Source of the DNA: Azolla caroliniana
Lineage: Eukaryota > Plantae > Polypodiophyta
DNA: 64,000 nt
Direction of reading: 5' to 3'
Assembly (NCBI GenBank): GCA_043228905.1
Contig: JBHGNT010000008.1
Coordinates: 5,456,001 to 5,520,000 of the forward strand
Below the pieces are notes generated by a model. The model ran no database searches and was not told where the DNA came from. It saw nothing but the letters and a program-made list of their open reading frames with translations. Position 1 is the first letter of the stretch, and the number at the start of each line of letters is the position of its first letter. This document shows, one piece after another, positions 10,957-21,056 of the stretch. Made by a program: the position numbers and the translations under genes.

Positions 10957-12627
10957 CTACGACTTCTCTTCTTCCTCGTCCGATTGTTGTCTCTTTCTCT
11001 TTACAAGGTCCACGATCGTGTCATGGAACTCCTTCTTCGTAATGCCAAGCAATTCCCTCAAGGACAAAGTTACGTGGCTATCAAGAACTCGTTCTTCGAG
11101 AATCTTCTTTAGATCCGTCGTCTGCTCTATGTCCGACCTTAGCTTATAGGTAGGTATAGTCCTTGTCCTCCGAGTGGGGTCTTCGACACCAACCTTCACG
11201 GGCCGAACCATTTCTTCAACTCGTATGCTTGGCTCCCCTTTTCGGCTTGATTCTCGTTCCTCCGTTTGTAAAGGTCGACTCGTCTCCGCATCGTCCTTCT
11301 TTTTCGCGTTCCTTGTTTCATGTCTTTTTGATGGGCCTTGCTCTTCTATTCTCTTTCTCTTTTCTTCGACGAACACCTCGTGGTTGTCGCACATCACCTC
11401 TGCGAGTATGGTGTTGTCGTCCACCGGATCCGACCACCCGGTTATGCTTTGCACGTTTCGGTCCGCAAGCTCTACCTCGTTCGATGTGACTTTTCCCTTC
11501 TTCTCATATTCGAGAACGGAAGTCCAAAACTTTGCTCCCGCTCTAGCAGCTTCAGTCTTGTCTTTCCCGACTCTTATTCCGGCCGACGCAGCATAGTGCA
11601 TCGCATCCACATGAGTCGCATCGGCATCCTCCATAGATCTCTTCATTCCTCCTCTTCCGAAATTCACCCGTAGGGGTCTTCTCGTCTCGCTTGAGCAGAT
11701 CATGTTGTCCTCTATGTATACGATATTTTGTCGAATCGCCTCTCGAAGGCTCGCACAATCCCTTCGCATGTGGTCCATGCTATCGCACCACACGCATCTA
11801 AAGGGTTCTTTTCCTTTAGGGCCCCGACGATTCATGTTGGCTAGCGTGACCTTCTCGAACTTCTTCGCTAGCTCTTCGATGATGTCGTCATCAATCTTCT
11901 TTTCTTCCACGTTACTTTGTCTCAGCGGCTCAACTACTTTCGGCGGTCTTGCTTTCTCCGTGGTAGTCGGTCCCGTCATGTCGGTGTCATCAACCCATTG
12001 GCGACGCTTGTCGAGCCTATTGCATGCCCGCTTCACCGCGATCCAGTCCGCTACGAGCCCATTTGCTTGGGTATCATCTTCGAGAAGAGTCCCCAACTCC
12101 CGTCTATCCTTTATGTCCACGGCCTTCAAGAAGTACAAAGTCTTGTCCTCTTCAAGCAATACTTGGTCCGTATTGGGGAGACGACTAAACATCTGGTCGA
12201 ATTCGTCGTACACCCTCGAGACGCTCATCTTCTTATTCTTCTTCTCTATCCACTTCATCAGGGCATGTCGAGTCATCCTCGTTGAGTCTTCAGTCACGAA
12301 CTCCGCTAGTATCGTTTTCTCGAACTCGGACCATGTTGTCTTTCCTTCTTGAAGCTCGATGACGCGTCTTTGGATGTTGTTGGCGACAACTCTCTTGAAG
12401 CTTGCGATTTGACGTGCCTCGGACACGTCCCTTTGATTCATCTCCCTCTTATATGCATCAAGGAACTTCGTAACGTTCCTTCCATCGAATTGGCCCTCGA
12501 GCTCTACGACACGATCGACAGCCTTCTCCACGCTCGCGTCGTTGTCCCGAGATCTCATCATTTGCTCGACGATTAGCATCATCCTTTCGAGCTCTCCTGC
12601 TTGGTTGCTTGAGGACGTCATCTCCAA
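10957..12627 (-). CDS. gag: Gag of element A with CCHC knuckle
   Basis: 556-aa ORF directly downstream of the PBS; FDGRNVTKFL motif; CVWCDSMDHMRRDC. Confidence 0.88.
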   Translation of the reverse strand: MEMTSSSNQAGELERMMLIVEQMMRSRDNDASVEKAVDRVVELEGQFDGRNVTKFLDAYKREMNQRDVSEARQIASFKRVVANNIQRRVIELQEGKTTWSEFEKTILAEFVTEDSTRMTRHALMKWIEKKNKKMSVSRVYDEFDQMFSRLPNTDQVLLEEDKTLYFLKAVDIKDRRELGTLLEDDTQANGLVADWIAVKRACNRLDKRRQWVDDTDMTGPTTTEKARPPKVVEPLRQSNVEEKKIDDDIIEELAKKFEKVTLANMNRRGPKGKEPFRCVWCDSMDHMRRDCASLREAIRQNIVYIEDNMICSSETRRPLRVNFGRGGMKRSMEDADATHVDAMHYAASAGIRVGKDKTEAARAGAKFWTSVLEYEKKGKVTSNEVELADRNVQSITGWSDPVDDNTILAEVMCDNHEVFVEEKRKRIEEQGPSKRHETRNAKKKDDAETSRPLQTEERESSRKGEPSIRVEEMVRPVKVGVEDPTRRTRTIPTYKLRSDIEQTTDLKKILEERVLDSHVTLSLRELLGITKKEFHDTIVDLVKRKRQQSDEEEEKS

Positions 12628-12662
12628 GTATTAATCTCGACTTGATCCTTCCTACCGCCTCT

Positions 12663-12680
12663 TTCACGTCGGGTTCACCA
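12663..12680 (-). promoter_or_regulatory. tRNA-Trp primer binding site of element A
   Basis: TGGTGAACCCGACGTGAA matches the 3' end of plant cytosolic tRNA-Trp as I recall it (TTCACGTCGGGTTCA-CCA); 8-nt spacer to the LTR. Confidence 0.85.
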
Positions 12681-12688
12681 CTTGATTA

Positions 12689-13626
12689 TGTCGTGAAGAT
12701 CCGTCACTATGCGCGGATCGTGAGGCGGAACCGCCGGGGTTCTGGACCAGAAGGATTTAGAGTCGTTTGGCGAGAAAGTACTTAAGAAAGATTGGGAAAG
12801 AGAGAAGATGAGATTACACGATTGCTTTGATAACGAATTTCTTCTTCTTAATTTTCATAAAAAAAAAACATGTTTTTCTCCTCCCCCTTCCCACTTTTAT
12901 AGATGCTCTCATGCATATGAGCATGTGAGGGTACAAGACATGCATAAATTGCATGTTTGCCATTTGGCGCTTAAGTATTACATGTGGTGCATGCTAACCA
13001 TGTCACTTATTTTAGCACTCATGGATGAGAATTTACATGTAAAAGTACAATGATAGAAATATAATTTCAACTAAATATTATGGCTTAATGGTAAGCCATT
13101 TAACTCCTAACTTGGAGGTGCAAGGTTCGAATCCATACTTGCCCTCCTTGTATATGTAAATATGTATATATTTTTATATATTTATTTTATCTAGTCGTCG
13201 GTTCGCCGGATGCCGCCGCCGGATGCCGACGCCGGCTCCATCACCGGTCCGGTTTTGGTTGGCCAAAACCCTTTACAAGTAGCTAGCCACCTCTACTCTA
13301 AGTTCAAGTTACCTTGAACTCTCTATGCTCCACACATAGACACAAAGATAATATCTTTTGCTCCTCCTTATATATGATGAGAGCCGTATTTGTCGTGCCT
13401 ATGTGGGATATCTCACAATTTTCTCTTTTCTTTTCACAAAATTTATACCCTCATATCTTGACATTTAGTTGTCCATTTCTCGTGTAATAAAGTGCATTCG
13501 AAACCTCCATCATTTTGTACTTAGATATTAAAAATGTTATCTTCACAATTATTGTATTACATGATTCATACTCGATTTTGTATGTTTTATGGGATTTTCA
13601 CACTATTGCCGAAAATCTTCACGACA
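12689..13626 (-). repeat. 5' LTR of element A (938 bp), including the tRNA-like cassette (A-box 13081-13091, B-box 13124-13134)
   Basis: Direct repeat of 98-1074. Confidence 0.96.
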
Positions 13627-15120
13627 ACGTGTTTACCTTCCGGCCCCGAGCCACAATCAGGCTTCTTTTGCTGAACTTCATAACACCGTTCCGGATTCTA
13701 CCCGTGTAGCCTTCATCATCTAGCCAACCGGCTGATATCAGGTTCAGACGAACCTCCGGAACGTGTCGGATATCCTTCAGCAGCATCTTGCATCCGGTTG
13801 GTGTTGTCAGCCACACGTCTCCTATGCCGACAATTCGGCATGTACCTTCATTCCCCATCCGGACACAACCGTGATCACCGGCTGAGTAGGATGAGAAGCA
13901 TTTCCGATCCGAGGTAAGGTAGAACGACGCTCCGGAGTCGACCACCCAGGTCATCTCGTCGTCGGCAAGGTTTAGCTCACCCACCTCGGTGATGAGCATC
14001 AACTCTTCTTCACTTGCTGCGATTGCCGTCGTTCCCTTCTGGTCCGGCCCCCTCTGGTCTTTACCGCTCCGGTCCGGTGTCTACTTCGAATCGGTATCGT
14101 CGGTTTCCTTGTCTTTTCGGAAGTGCCGACAGTTCTTCTGGAAGTGTGTTGGCTTGCCGCAATAGAAGCAAGTAGGCCTCCCCCTTGACTTTGACCGTGT
14201 CCCCTACTTCTCCCGGTTCTGGGGACTACAGTTCATTTGTCTTCCGTGTTCCAATTCGGTAAGGAGCGCTTTGGAGTCGGAGCTCGTATCCTTATCTTTC
14301 CAACGCGCCTCCTCATCTAGCAAGCTCGACTTCACTCTTGCTAGGGATAACCGTTTCCCTTCCGGCCCGGCGTTGCCCAAAGTGACAACCAACGTCTCCC
14401 AGCTATCCGGGAGGGAACCGAGCAGGAGTAGCGCTAGTACCTCATCGGCGAGAGGTACTTCCAATGATGTTGCCTGGTGTATCAGCCCCTGGAAGGCATT
14501 CATGTGCTCCGCCATGTTGGAGCCATCTTGGTACCGGAGTCTTACTAGCTTCCGGAATACGGAAACCTGATTAACAACATTTCTGTTTTGAAACATAATG
14601 TTGATCTTCTCCCAGAGCTCATGAGCCTTGCTCTCTTCATTGAAGTTGTTGTATAGGCTCATGTCGATGAAGCACCGTGTGTACGCCGTTGTCTTCATGT
14701 GCATCACCTCCCATATCGTGGCGTCGATTTTGTCCGGTCTCTTGTCCCCGAACTGGACCGGCAACCAAAGATCTCGGTGAGCTTGAACATGCCTCCCAAC
14801 GAATCGTCCATTTTCTGTGTCGTTTTGCTCTGATACCACTTTGACAGGAACTCCACGCTCCCTATGCGCAACGCTCAACCACAACCGAGCTTAGAATCAT
14901 ACACAGAAAACGGGAAATGAACGCACGACACAAAGGAGAGAAGAATACACAGGATGTTTACGTGGAAAACCCAAATACGGGAAAAACCACGGCAACCCAC
15001 AGACTGCAAACTATCACTATATCACAATGATTACAACAATGAGCTCACGGAGCCAACAACCTCGTGCTCACGATCTTCGCCACAAGCGGTGGTTACAACA
15101 GAGGCAACGACCTCTTCGTT

Positions 15121-15156
<36 letters not shown>

Positions 15157-16020
15157 CACTGTTACGCGCTCTAATCTTGCACCAACAAGAATGACAACAA
15201 CTACATACAAAGTTTGCCCTAAGTCATATTTATACTAATATGACTTTTCAGCTATTTACAAATATAGTCCCGATGGACTCTCAGAAACATATTTACGAAT
15301 ATGTCCCTTCATCCGGCGAGCACTCCTCACCGGGCCTGCATCATTTGGCGCTTGCCGGGTACTCATCATCCGGTTCTTACCGGGTCTTCCATTTCCAGGT
15401 AATCCTTCATCCGACGCTTGTCAGGCACTCATCATCCGGTTCTCACCGGGTCTTCCGTAGCCGGGTACTCGTCATCCGGTTCTCACCGGGTCTTCCCATC
15501 CGGAGGGACCTGTTTCCTAACACATCACAAGGCGGCTTACTCTTAGGAATGGCCTGTTGAAAAACAGTGCTCGGCCACAACCGAGGAATAGGATCAACTC
15601 ACAGAAAACAGGAAATACAAAGTGCACAAGGACAATAGTGAGAGAAAGGTACACTGGATGTTTTACGTGGAAAACCCTAAATGGGGAAAAACCACGGGAG
15701 TCCTCAAACTCCAACTATCAGTATAAACAGAGATGTACAATGGTGAAGCTACAAGGCAACAACCTTGAGCTCACTGTCTTCGCCACAGGCGGCGGCAGTA
15801 CACAGAGGCAACGACCTCTTCGTCGCTCTCTCTCTCTCTCGGCTGCTCTCTCTTCGCATAAAAATGAGCAACTACGACCAGCAACTAGAACAGTTTGCCC
15901 TAAGTCATATTTATACACATATGACTTTCGGGCTATTTACAAATATAGCCTCAAGGGCCCTTGGCAAACATATTCACAGATATGTCCCCGCATCCGGATC
16001 TCTCTCCGGGTACATTCGTC

Positions 16021-16207
16021 ATCCGGCTCCGTAGCCGGGGTCTTCATCATCCGGCTCCGTAGCCGGGGTCTTTATCATCCGGCTCCGTAGCCGGGGTCTT
16101 TATCATCCGGCTCCGTAGCCGGGGTCTTCATCATCCGGCTCCGTAGCCGGGGTCTTCTTCATCCGGCTCCGTAGCCGGGGTCTTCTTCATCCGGCTCCGT
16201 AGCCGGG
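16021..16207. repeat. 28-bp tandem array (7 copies, last partial) in U3 of the 3' LTR of D
   Basis: Unit ATCCGGCTCCGTAGCCGGGGTCTT(C/T)(A/T)TC starting every 28 bp from 16021. Confidence 0.95.
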
Positions 16208-16270
16208 CTTGCCGTCATTCATTTCCGGACATCCCATCCGGAGGGACCGAAATCCCAACAAACTCCCCCT

Positions 16271-19200
16271 TCACTTCGGCATGGGATGTCTTTCCAGTCC
16301 GACCTTCTTCCGGCACGCTTCCAGCTTGTCGGGTGTGAGCACTTTGGTCAGCATGTCTGACCCGTTTTCGTCCGTGTGGATCTTCGTCAGCACGAACTCC
16401 TGGTCTTCTATCCTTTCCCGGATCCAGTGATATCTTCGCTGGATGTGCTTCGTCCGGGAGTGATAGGCCGCGTTCTTCGCAAGGTGGATGGCACTCTGAC
16501 TGTCACAGTAGAGTCGGAACTCCTCCTGCCGGATACCGAGCTCTCTAATGAAGTCCTTCATCCATATTATTTCCTTGCCGGCTTCAACAGCCGCCATGTA
16601 CTCCGCCTCCGTGGTTGACAATGCAACCGTCTTCTGCAACCTCGACTGCCACGAGACAGCTCCCCCTGCATACGTCATCACATACCCAGATGTGGACCGG
16701 CTGGTATCTGCATCAGCCGACATATCCGAGTCGGTAAAGCCGTCGAGTTCGGGCTTACAGGAGCCGAATCGGAGGCACACGTTTGCCGTGCCCTTCAGGT
16801 ATCGGAGTATCCACTTGACCGCGTTCCAGTGCTCTTTACCGGGATTGCTCATGTACCGGCTCACCACTCCGACTGCATATCCTATGTCCGGTCTTGTACA
16901 TACCATTGCGTACATCAAGCTTCCGACGGCGGAGGCATATGGTACTTTCATCATGTCCTCTTTCTCAGCCTTTGTCTTGGGGCTTTGCTTGCTGGACAAC
17001 TTGCAGTTTGCCGGGAGAGTTGATCCGACCGGTCTTGCTTCCGACATGTTGAACCGATGAAGCACCTTTGTCACGTACTTCTCCTGTGACAGCCACAACT
17101 GCTTCTTCTTCCGGTCCCGGATGATATGCATCCCTAGTATTTGCCTCGCCGGACCCAGGTCCTTCATTGAGAAGGTTCGGTGAAGTGCTTTCTTCAGCAT
17201 CCGTATCTTGCCCTGGTCCCGTCCGACGATCAACATGTCGTCCACGTACAGGAGGAGTATTAGAGAGTCTCCTCCTTCGAACTTCTTCACAAACACGCAG
17301 TGGTCGGACTGCGTTTTGTGGTACCCTTCGTCGGTCATGAAGGAGTCAAACTTCCGGTACCATTGCCGGGGAGCCTGCTTCAGTCCGTAAAGGCTCTTCT
17401 TCAACCGGCATACCAGGTGCTCCTTCCCTTTCTTCTCGAATCCTTCCGGTTGCTGCATGTAGATCTCTTCTTCGAGGTCACCGTGAAGAAATGCCGTCTT
17501 CACGTCCATCTGTTCTACCTCGAGGTCCATGCTTGCCGCTATGCTCAACACCGTCCGTATGGAGGTCATCTTCACTACCGGGGCAAATATCTCGTCGAAG
17601 TCGACGCCCTTCTTCTGTTGGAACCCCTTCACTACGATCCTGGCTTTGTATCTCGGGGGGTTTCCGGCATCTCCCGGTTTCAGCTTGAACACCCACTTGT
17701 TTCGAAGTGCCCGCTTACCTTTCGGCAACTCCACAAGTTCATATGTGTGGTTCTCATGCAGGGAATCCATCTCCTCCTGCATGGCACTTAACCACCTGCG
17801 GCTATGGTTGTCAAGCTTTGCTTCTTCAAAACTCTCCGGCTCCCCCTCGTCGGTTAGCAGCACGTGCTCTGGTTCCGGAAATCTCCGGGGGGCCCTTCTC
17901 TCTCTTAGAGGATATCTCCGTTCCGGAGCTTCGGTAACCGGCTCCTCCGTTTCTTCTTCATCCGAATCCATTTCGGGATCGGGGCCGGTTCCGGTATCAG
18001 TTTCATCTTCCTCGGCCGATTCTATTTCTTCACCGTCTTCGGCCAGATCCTCGAGTGCTAACCGGTCCCTTGCCGGTCGGGACTGTTCCTCGTAGAGTTG
18101 ATCCTCACCGGTCGACTTGGAGCTCTTCATCTTCTTCTCCGACTCCCAGTCGGCGAGTGTCTTGTCCTCCATGAAGATGATATCACGACTCCGGAATATC
18201 TTTCTGTCGACCGGGTCCCATACTCGGTAGCCGAACTCATCATCGCCATAACCGAGGAATATGCATGGCCGGGTCTTTGGATCTAGCTTTCCTCTCCGGT
18301 CCTTTGCCACATGCACGTATGCGAGACACCCGAACACCTTCAGATGCCGGTAGGATACTTCCCTACCGGTCCACACTCTCTGCGGCGTGTCTCCGTCCAA
18401 AGGTACTGAGGGTGATCTGTTTATCACGTATGTCGCCGTCGACATTGCCTCAGCCCAAAACCCCTTGGGTAATTTCGCATGCGCCAGCATACTCCGGACC
18501 CTCTCCATTATGGTCCGGTTCATCCTCTCGGCCAGCCCGTTCAGTTCCGGCGTCTTCGGCACAGTAAACTCGAGCCGGATTCCCTTCGAGCGACAGTACT
18601 CCTGGAACTGCCCCCGGTATTCCCCTCCGTTATCCGCTCGTATCGCTTTCAGCTTCTTGCCGGATTCCCTTTCCACTCTCGCGTGGAGTTCTTTGAAGAC
18701 GGACGATACTTGGTCCTTTGTCTTCAACGGTGCCGTCCACAGCTTCCGGCTGTGGTCATCAATGAATGTCACGAAGTACTGGGCTCCGCCATGTGACTTC
18801 GTTTCTACTTGACACACGTCAGTGTGCACCAACTCCAATGGTGCGCTACGTCTCGTCGGTGGCCTTGAGTGGAAGGAGGTTCTGTTTTGCTTACCGGCCA
18901 GGCAGTCGGTGCACTTCTCCAGGTGCACATGCTTCACTGGAATAAGGTTGTCTTCTGCAAGCCTCTTCATCCCCTTCTCACTCATGTGGCACAGTCTCTT
19001 GTGCCACAGCTCACCGGCAGTGTCGGCTGCCACGTTCAGCTCCTCCGGACATAGCCGGGAATTCATCAGGTACAGTGTGTTGACCTTCCGGGCCCGAGCC
19101 ACTATCAGGCTCCCCTTGCTGAACTTCATGACACCGTTCCGGATGCTACCCGTGTAGCCTTCATCATCTAGCCTCCCGGCCGAGATCAGGTTCAATCGGA

Positions 19201-20344
19201 CCTCCGGAACGTGTCGAACATCCTTCAGCAGCATCTTGCATCCGGTTGATGTCATCAGCCACACGTCTCCTATGCCGGCAATCCGGCATGTGCCTTCATT
19301 TCCCATCCGGACACAGCCGTGCTCACCGGTTGTGTAGGATGAGAAGTATTTCTTCTCCGGGGTCAGGTGGAACGACGCTCCGGAATCGACCACCCAGGTC
19401 ATCTCTTCACCGGCAAGGTTCAGCTCCCTCTCTTCGGTAATGAGCATTATCTCTTCTTCACTTGCCGCGAGTGCCGTCGTTCCTTTCCGGTCCTGCCCTC
19501 GCCGATCCGGACCTCTCCGGTCCGTGGCTCCCCGGTATGCACCGTTTCGCTCCGGTGACTTCTTCGAATCGGTATCGTCGGCTCCGTTGTCTTTTCGGTA
19601 ATGCCGACAGTTCTTTCGAAAGTGCCCCGGCTTCCCACAGTGGAAGCATGTGGGTCTTCCTCTTGACTGCGACCGGGTCCCCGACTTCTCCCGTCTTTGC
19701 GGACTCCGGTTCCATTGTCTTCCCCGTTCCGATTCGGTAAGCAGCGCCTTCGAGTCGGAGGCCGGTTCTTTATCTCTCCGACGCGCTTCTTCGTTCAAAA
19801 TGCTTGTCTTTACCATTTGTAGAGACAAGTTATCTTCGGTGCAGGAGGTACTGAGAGTCACCACCAAGTTCTCCCAGCTTTCCGGCAATGTACACATCAG
19901 AATGATGGCTTGCATTGCATCCTCCAACGGGAACTTGATCGCCGCAAGCTGGTTCACGAATCCCATGAACGTGCTCACGTGTTCCACCATATTCTCGCCG
20001 TCCCGGTACTTGAGGTTCACTATCTTCCTCATCAGGGAGGTCCGGTTCAACGCATTCTTCCTCTCATAGAGGCCCGACAGCTTCTTCCACATCTCATAGG
20101 CGTTCGTATCGTTCGCCACATGTTGCAGGACACTTACATCGACATATTGCCGGATCGTCGCTACGGCTTTCCGGTTCAGGAGCTTCCACTCCGACTCTAT
20201 TACCCCCTTGGGTATCTCGGCACTGTCGATCGGTTCGTACAGGTCTCGGACGATGAGAAGGTCTTCCATCTTTATCTTCCAGTCGGCGTAGTTATGTGAG
20301 TTCAACACCATCATGCCCGGAGGCCCACTACCGCCGCCTTCCAT
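16271..20344 (-). CDS. Uninterrupted copia Gag-Pol polyprotein (gag-PR-INT-RT-RNaseH)
   Basis: ATG at 20344 just after the PBS; CFHCGKPGHFRKNC, WVVDSGAS, LWHKRLCH..CTDC, ADNGGEY..NGLAER, QMDVKTAFLHG, LYVDD, SRTKHI. Confidence 0.97.
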   Translation of the reverse strand: MEGGGSGPPGMMVLNSHNYADWKIKMEDLLIVRDLYEPIDSAEIPKGVIESEWKLLNRKAVATIRQYVDVSVLQHVANDTNAYEMWKKLSGLYERKNALNRTSLMRKIVNLKYRDGENMVEHVSTFMGFVNQLAAIKFPLEDAMQAIILMCTLPESWENLVVTLSTSCTEDNLSLQMVKTSILNEEARRRDKEPASDSKALLTESERGRQWNRSPQRREKSGTRSQSRGRPTCFHCGKPGHFRKNCRHYRKDNGADDTDSKKSPERNGAYRGATDRRGPDRRGQDRKGTTALAASEEEIMLITEERELNLAGEEMTWVVDSGASFHLTPEKKYFSSYTTGEHGCVRMGNEGTCRIAGIGDVWLMTSTGCKMLLKDVRHVPEVRLNLISAGRLDDEGYTGSIRNGVMKFSKGSLIVARARKVNTLYLMNSRLCPEELNVAADTAGELWHKRLCHMSEKGMKRLAEDNLIPVKHVHLEKCTDCLAGKQNRTSFHSRPPTRRSAPLELVHTDVCQVETKSHGGAQYFVTFIDDHSRKLWTAPLKTKDQVSSVFKELHARVERESGKKLKAIRADNGGEYRGQFQEYCRSKGIRLEFTVPKTPELNGLAERMNRTIMERVRSMLAHAKLPKGFWAEAMSTATYVINRSPSVPLDGDTPQRVWTGREVSYRHLKVFGCLAYVHVAKDRRGKLDPKTRPCIFLGYGDDEFGYRVWDPVDRKIFRSRDIIFMEDKTLADWESEKKMKSSKSTGEDQLYEEQSRPARDRLALEDLAEDGEEIESAEEDETDTGTGPDPEMDSDEEETEEPVTEAPERRYPLRERRAPRRFPEPEHVLLTDEGEPESFEEAKLDNHSRRWLSAMQEEMDSLHENHTYELVELPKGKRALRNKWVFKLKPGDAGNPPRYKARIVVKGFQQKKGVDFDEIFAPVVKMTSIRTVLSIAASMDLEVEQMDVKTAFLHGDLEEEIYMQQPEGFEKKGKEHLVCRLKKSLYGLKQAPRQWYRKFDSFMTDEGYHKTQSDHCVFVKKFEGGDSLILLLYVDDMLIVGRDQGKIRMLKKALHRTFSMKDLGPARQILGMHIIRDRKKKQLWLSQEKYVTKVLHRFNMSEARPVGSTLPANCKLSSKQSPKTKAEKEDMMKVPYASAVGSLMYAMVCTRPDIGYAVGVVSRYMSNPGKEHWNAVKWILRYLKGTANVCLRFGSCKPELDGFTDSDMSADADTSRSTSGYVMTYAGGAVSWQSRLQKTVALSTTEAEYMAAVEAGKEIIWMKDFIRELGIRQEEFRLYCDSQSAIHLAKNAAYHSRTKHIQRRYHWIRERIEDQEFVLTKIHTDENGSDMLTKVLTPDKLEACRKKVGLERHPMPK

Positions 20345-20841
20345 TTTCTGTGTTAACCGTGCTCTGATACCAATTTGTTGAAAAACAGTGCTCGGCCACA
20401 ACCGAGGAATAGGATCAACTCACAGAAAACAGGAAATACAAAGTGCACAAGGACAATAGTGAGAGAAAGGTACACTGGATGTTTTACGCGGAAAACCCTA
20501 AATGGGGAAAAACCACGGGAGTCCTCAAACTCCAACTATCAGTATAAACAGAGATGTACAATGGTGAAGCTACAAGGCAACAACCTTGAGCTCACTGTCT
20601 TCGCCACAGGCGGCGGCAGTACACAGAGGCAACGACCTCTTCGTCGCTCTCTCTCTCTCTCGGCTGCTCTCTCTTCGCATAAAAATGAGCAACTACGACC
20701 AGCAACTAGAACAGTTTGCCCTAAGTCATATTTATACACATATGACTTTCGGGCTATTTACAAATATAGCCTCAAGGGCCCTTGGCAAACATATTCACAG
20801 ATATGTCCCCGCATCCGGATCTCTCTCCGGGTACATTCGTC

Positions 20842-21056
20842 ATCCGGCTCCGTAGCCGGGGTCTTCATCATCCGGCTCCGTAGCCGGGGTCTTTATCATC
20901 CGGCTCCGTAGCCGGGGTCTTCTTCATCCGGCTCCGTAGCCGGGGTCTTCATCATCCGGCTCCGTAGCCGGGGTCTTCTTCATCCGGCTCCGTAGCCGGG
21001 GTCTTCTTCATCCGGCTCCGTAGCCGGGGTCTTCTTCATCCGGCTCCGTAGCCGGG
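20842..21056. repeat. 28-bp tandem array (8 copies, last partial) in U3 of the 5' LTR of D
   Basis: Same unit as 16021-16207 with one extra copy. Confidence 0.95.

Larger units (their letters stand above)
98..13626 (-). mobile_element. Element A: full-length atypical Ty3/Gypsy LTR retrotransposon without chromodomain, interrupted by element B
   Basis: Two highly similar LTRs with 12-bp terminal inverted repeats TGTCGTGAAGAT...ATCTTCACGACA; 4-bp TSD ACGT (94-97, 13627-13630); domain order gag-PR-RT-RNH-INT; G-rich PPT-like tract 1075-1085 on the minus strand. Confidence 0.96.
1..15522 (-). mobile_element. Element C: degenerate Ty1/copia LTR retrotransposon, split by element A (host pieces 1-97 and 13627-15522); continues beyond the left edge
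   Basis: 1-97 joined to 13631 restores copia GAG-pre-integrase sequence (KVNTLYLMNARLCPEEV) colinear with element D. Gag remnant 14204-14814 and protease WVVDSGAS in 13619-14002 carry stops/frameshifts. tRNA-iMet PBS (TGGTATCAGAGC) at 14827-14838; 5' LTR about 14842-15522 ends like the D LTR (GGAGGGACC...AACA). Confidence 0.9.

Noticed and set aside
11174-12352. Long antisense ORFs over gag of A (likewise over D and 23493-24248)
   Set aside because: Shadow frames of coding sequence with no recognisable motifs.
16021-16207. Palindromic 28-bp repeats resembling a CRISPR array
   Set aside because: Units are head-to-tail with no unique spacers, lie inside LTRs, and there are no cas genes in a eukaryotic context.
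20345-20401. N-terminal extension of the 1376-aa copia ORF
   Set aside because: Runs through LTR and PBS from a non-ATG codon; the true start is likely ATG 20344.
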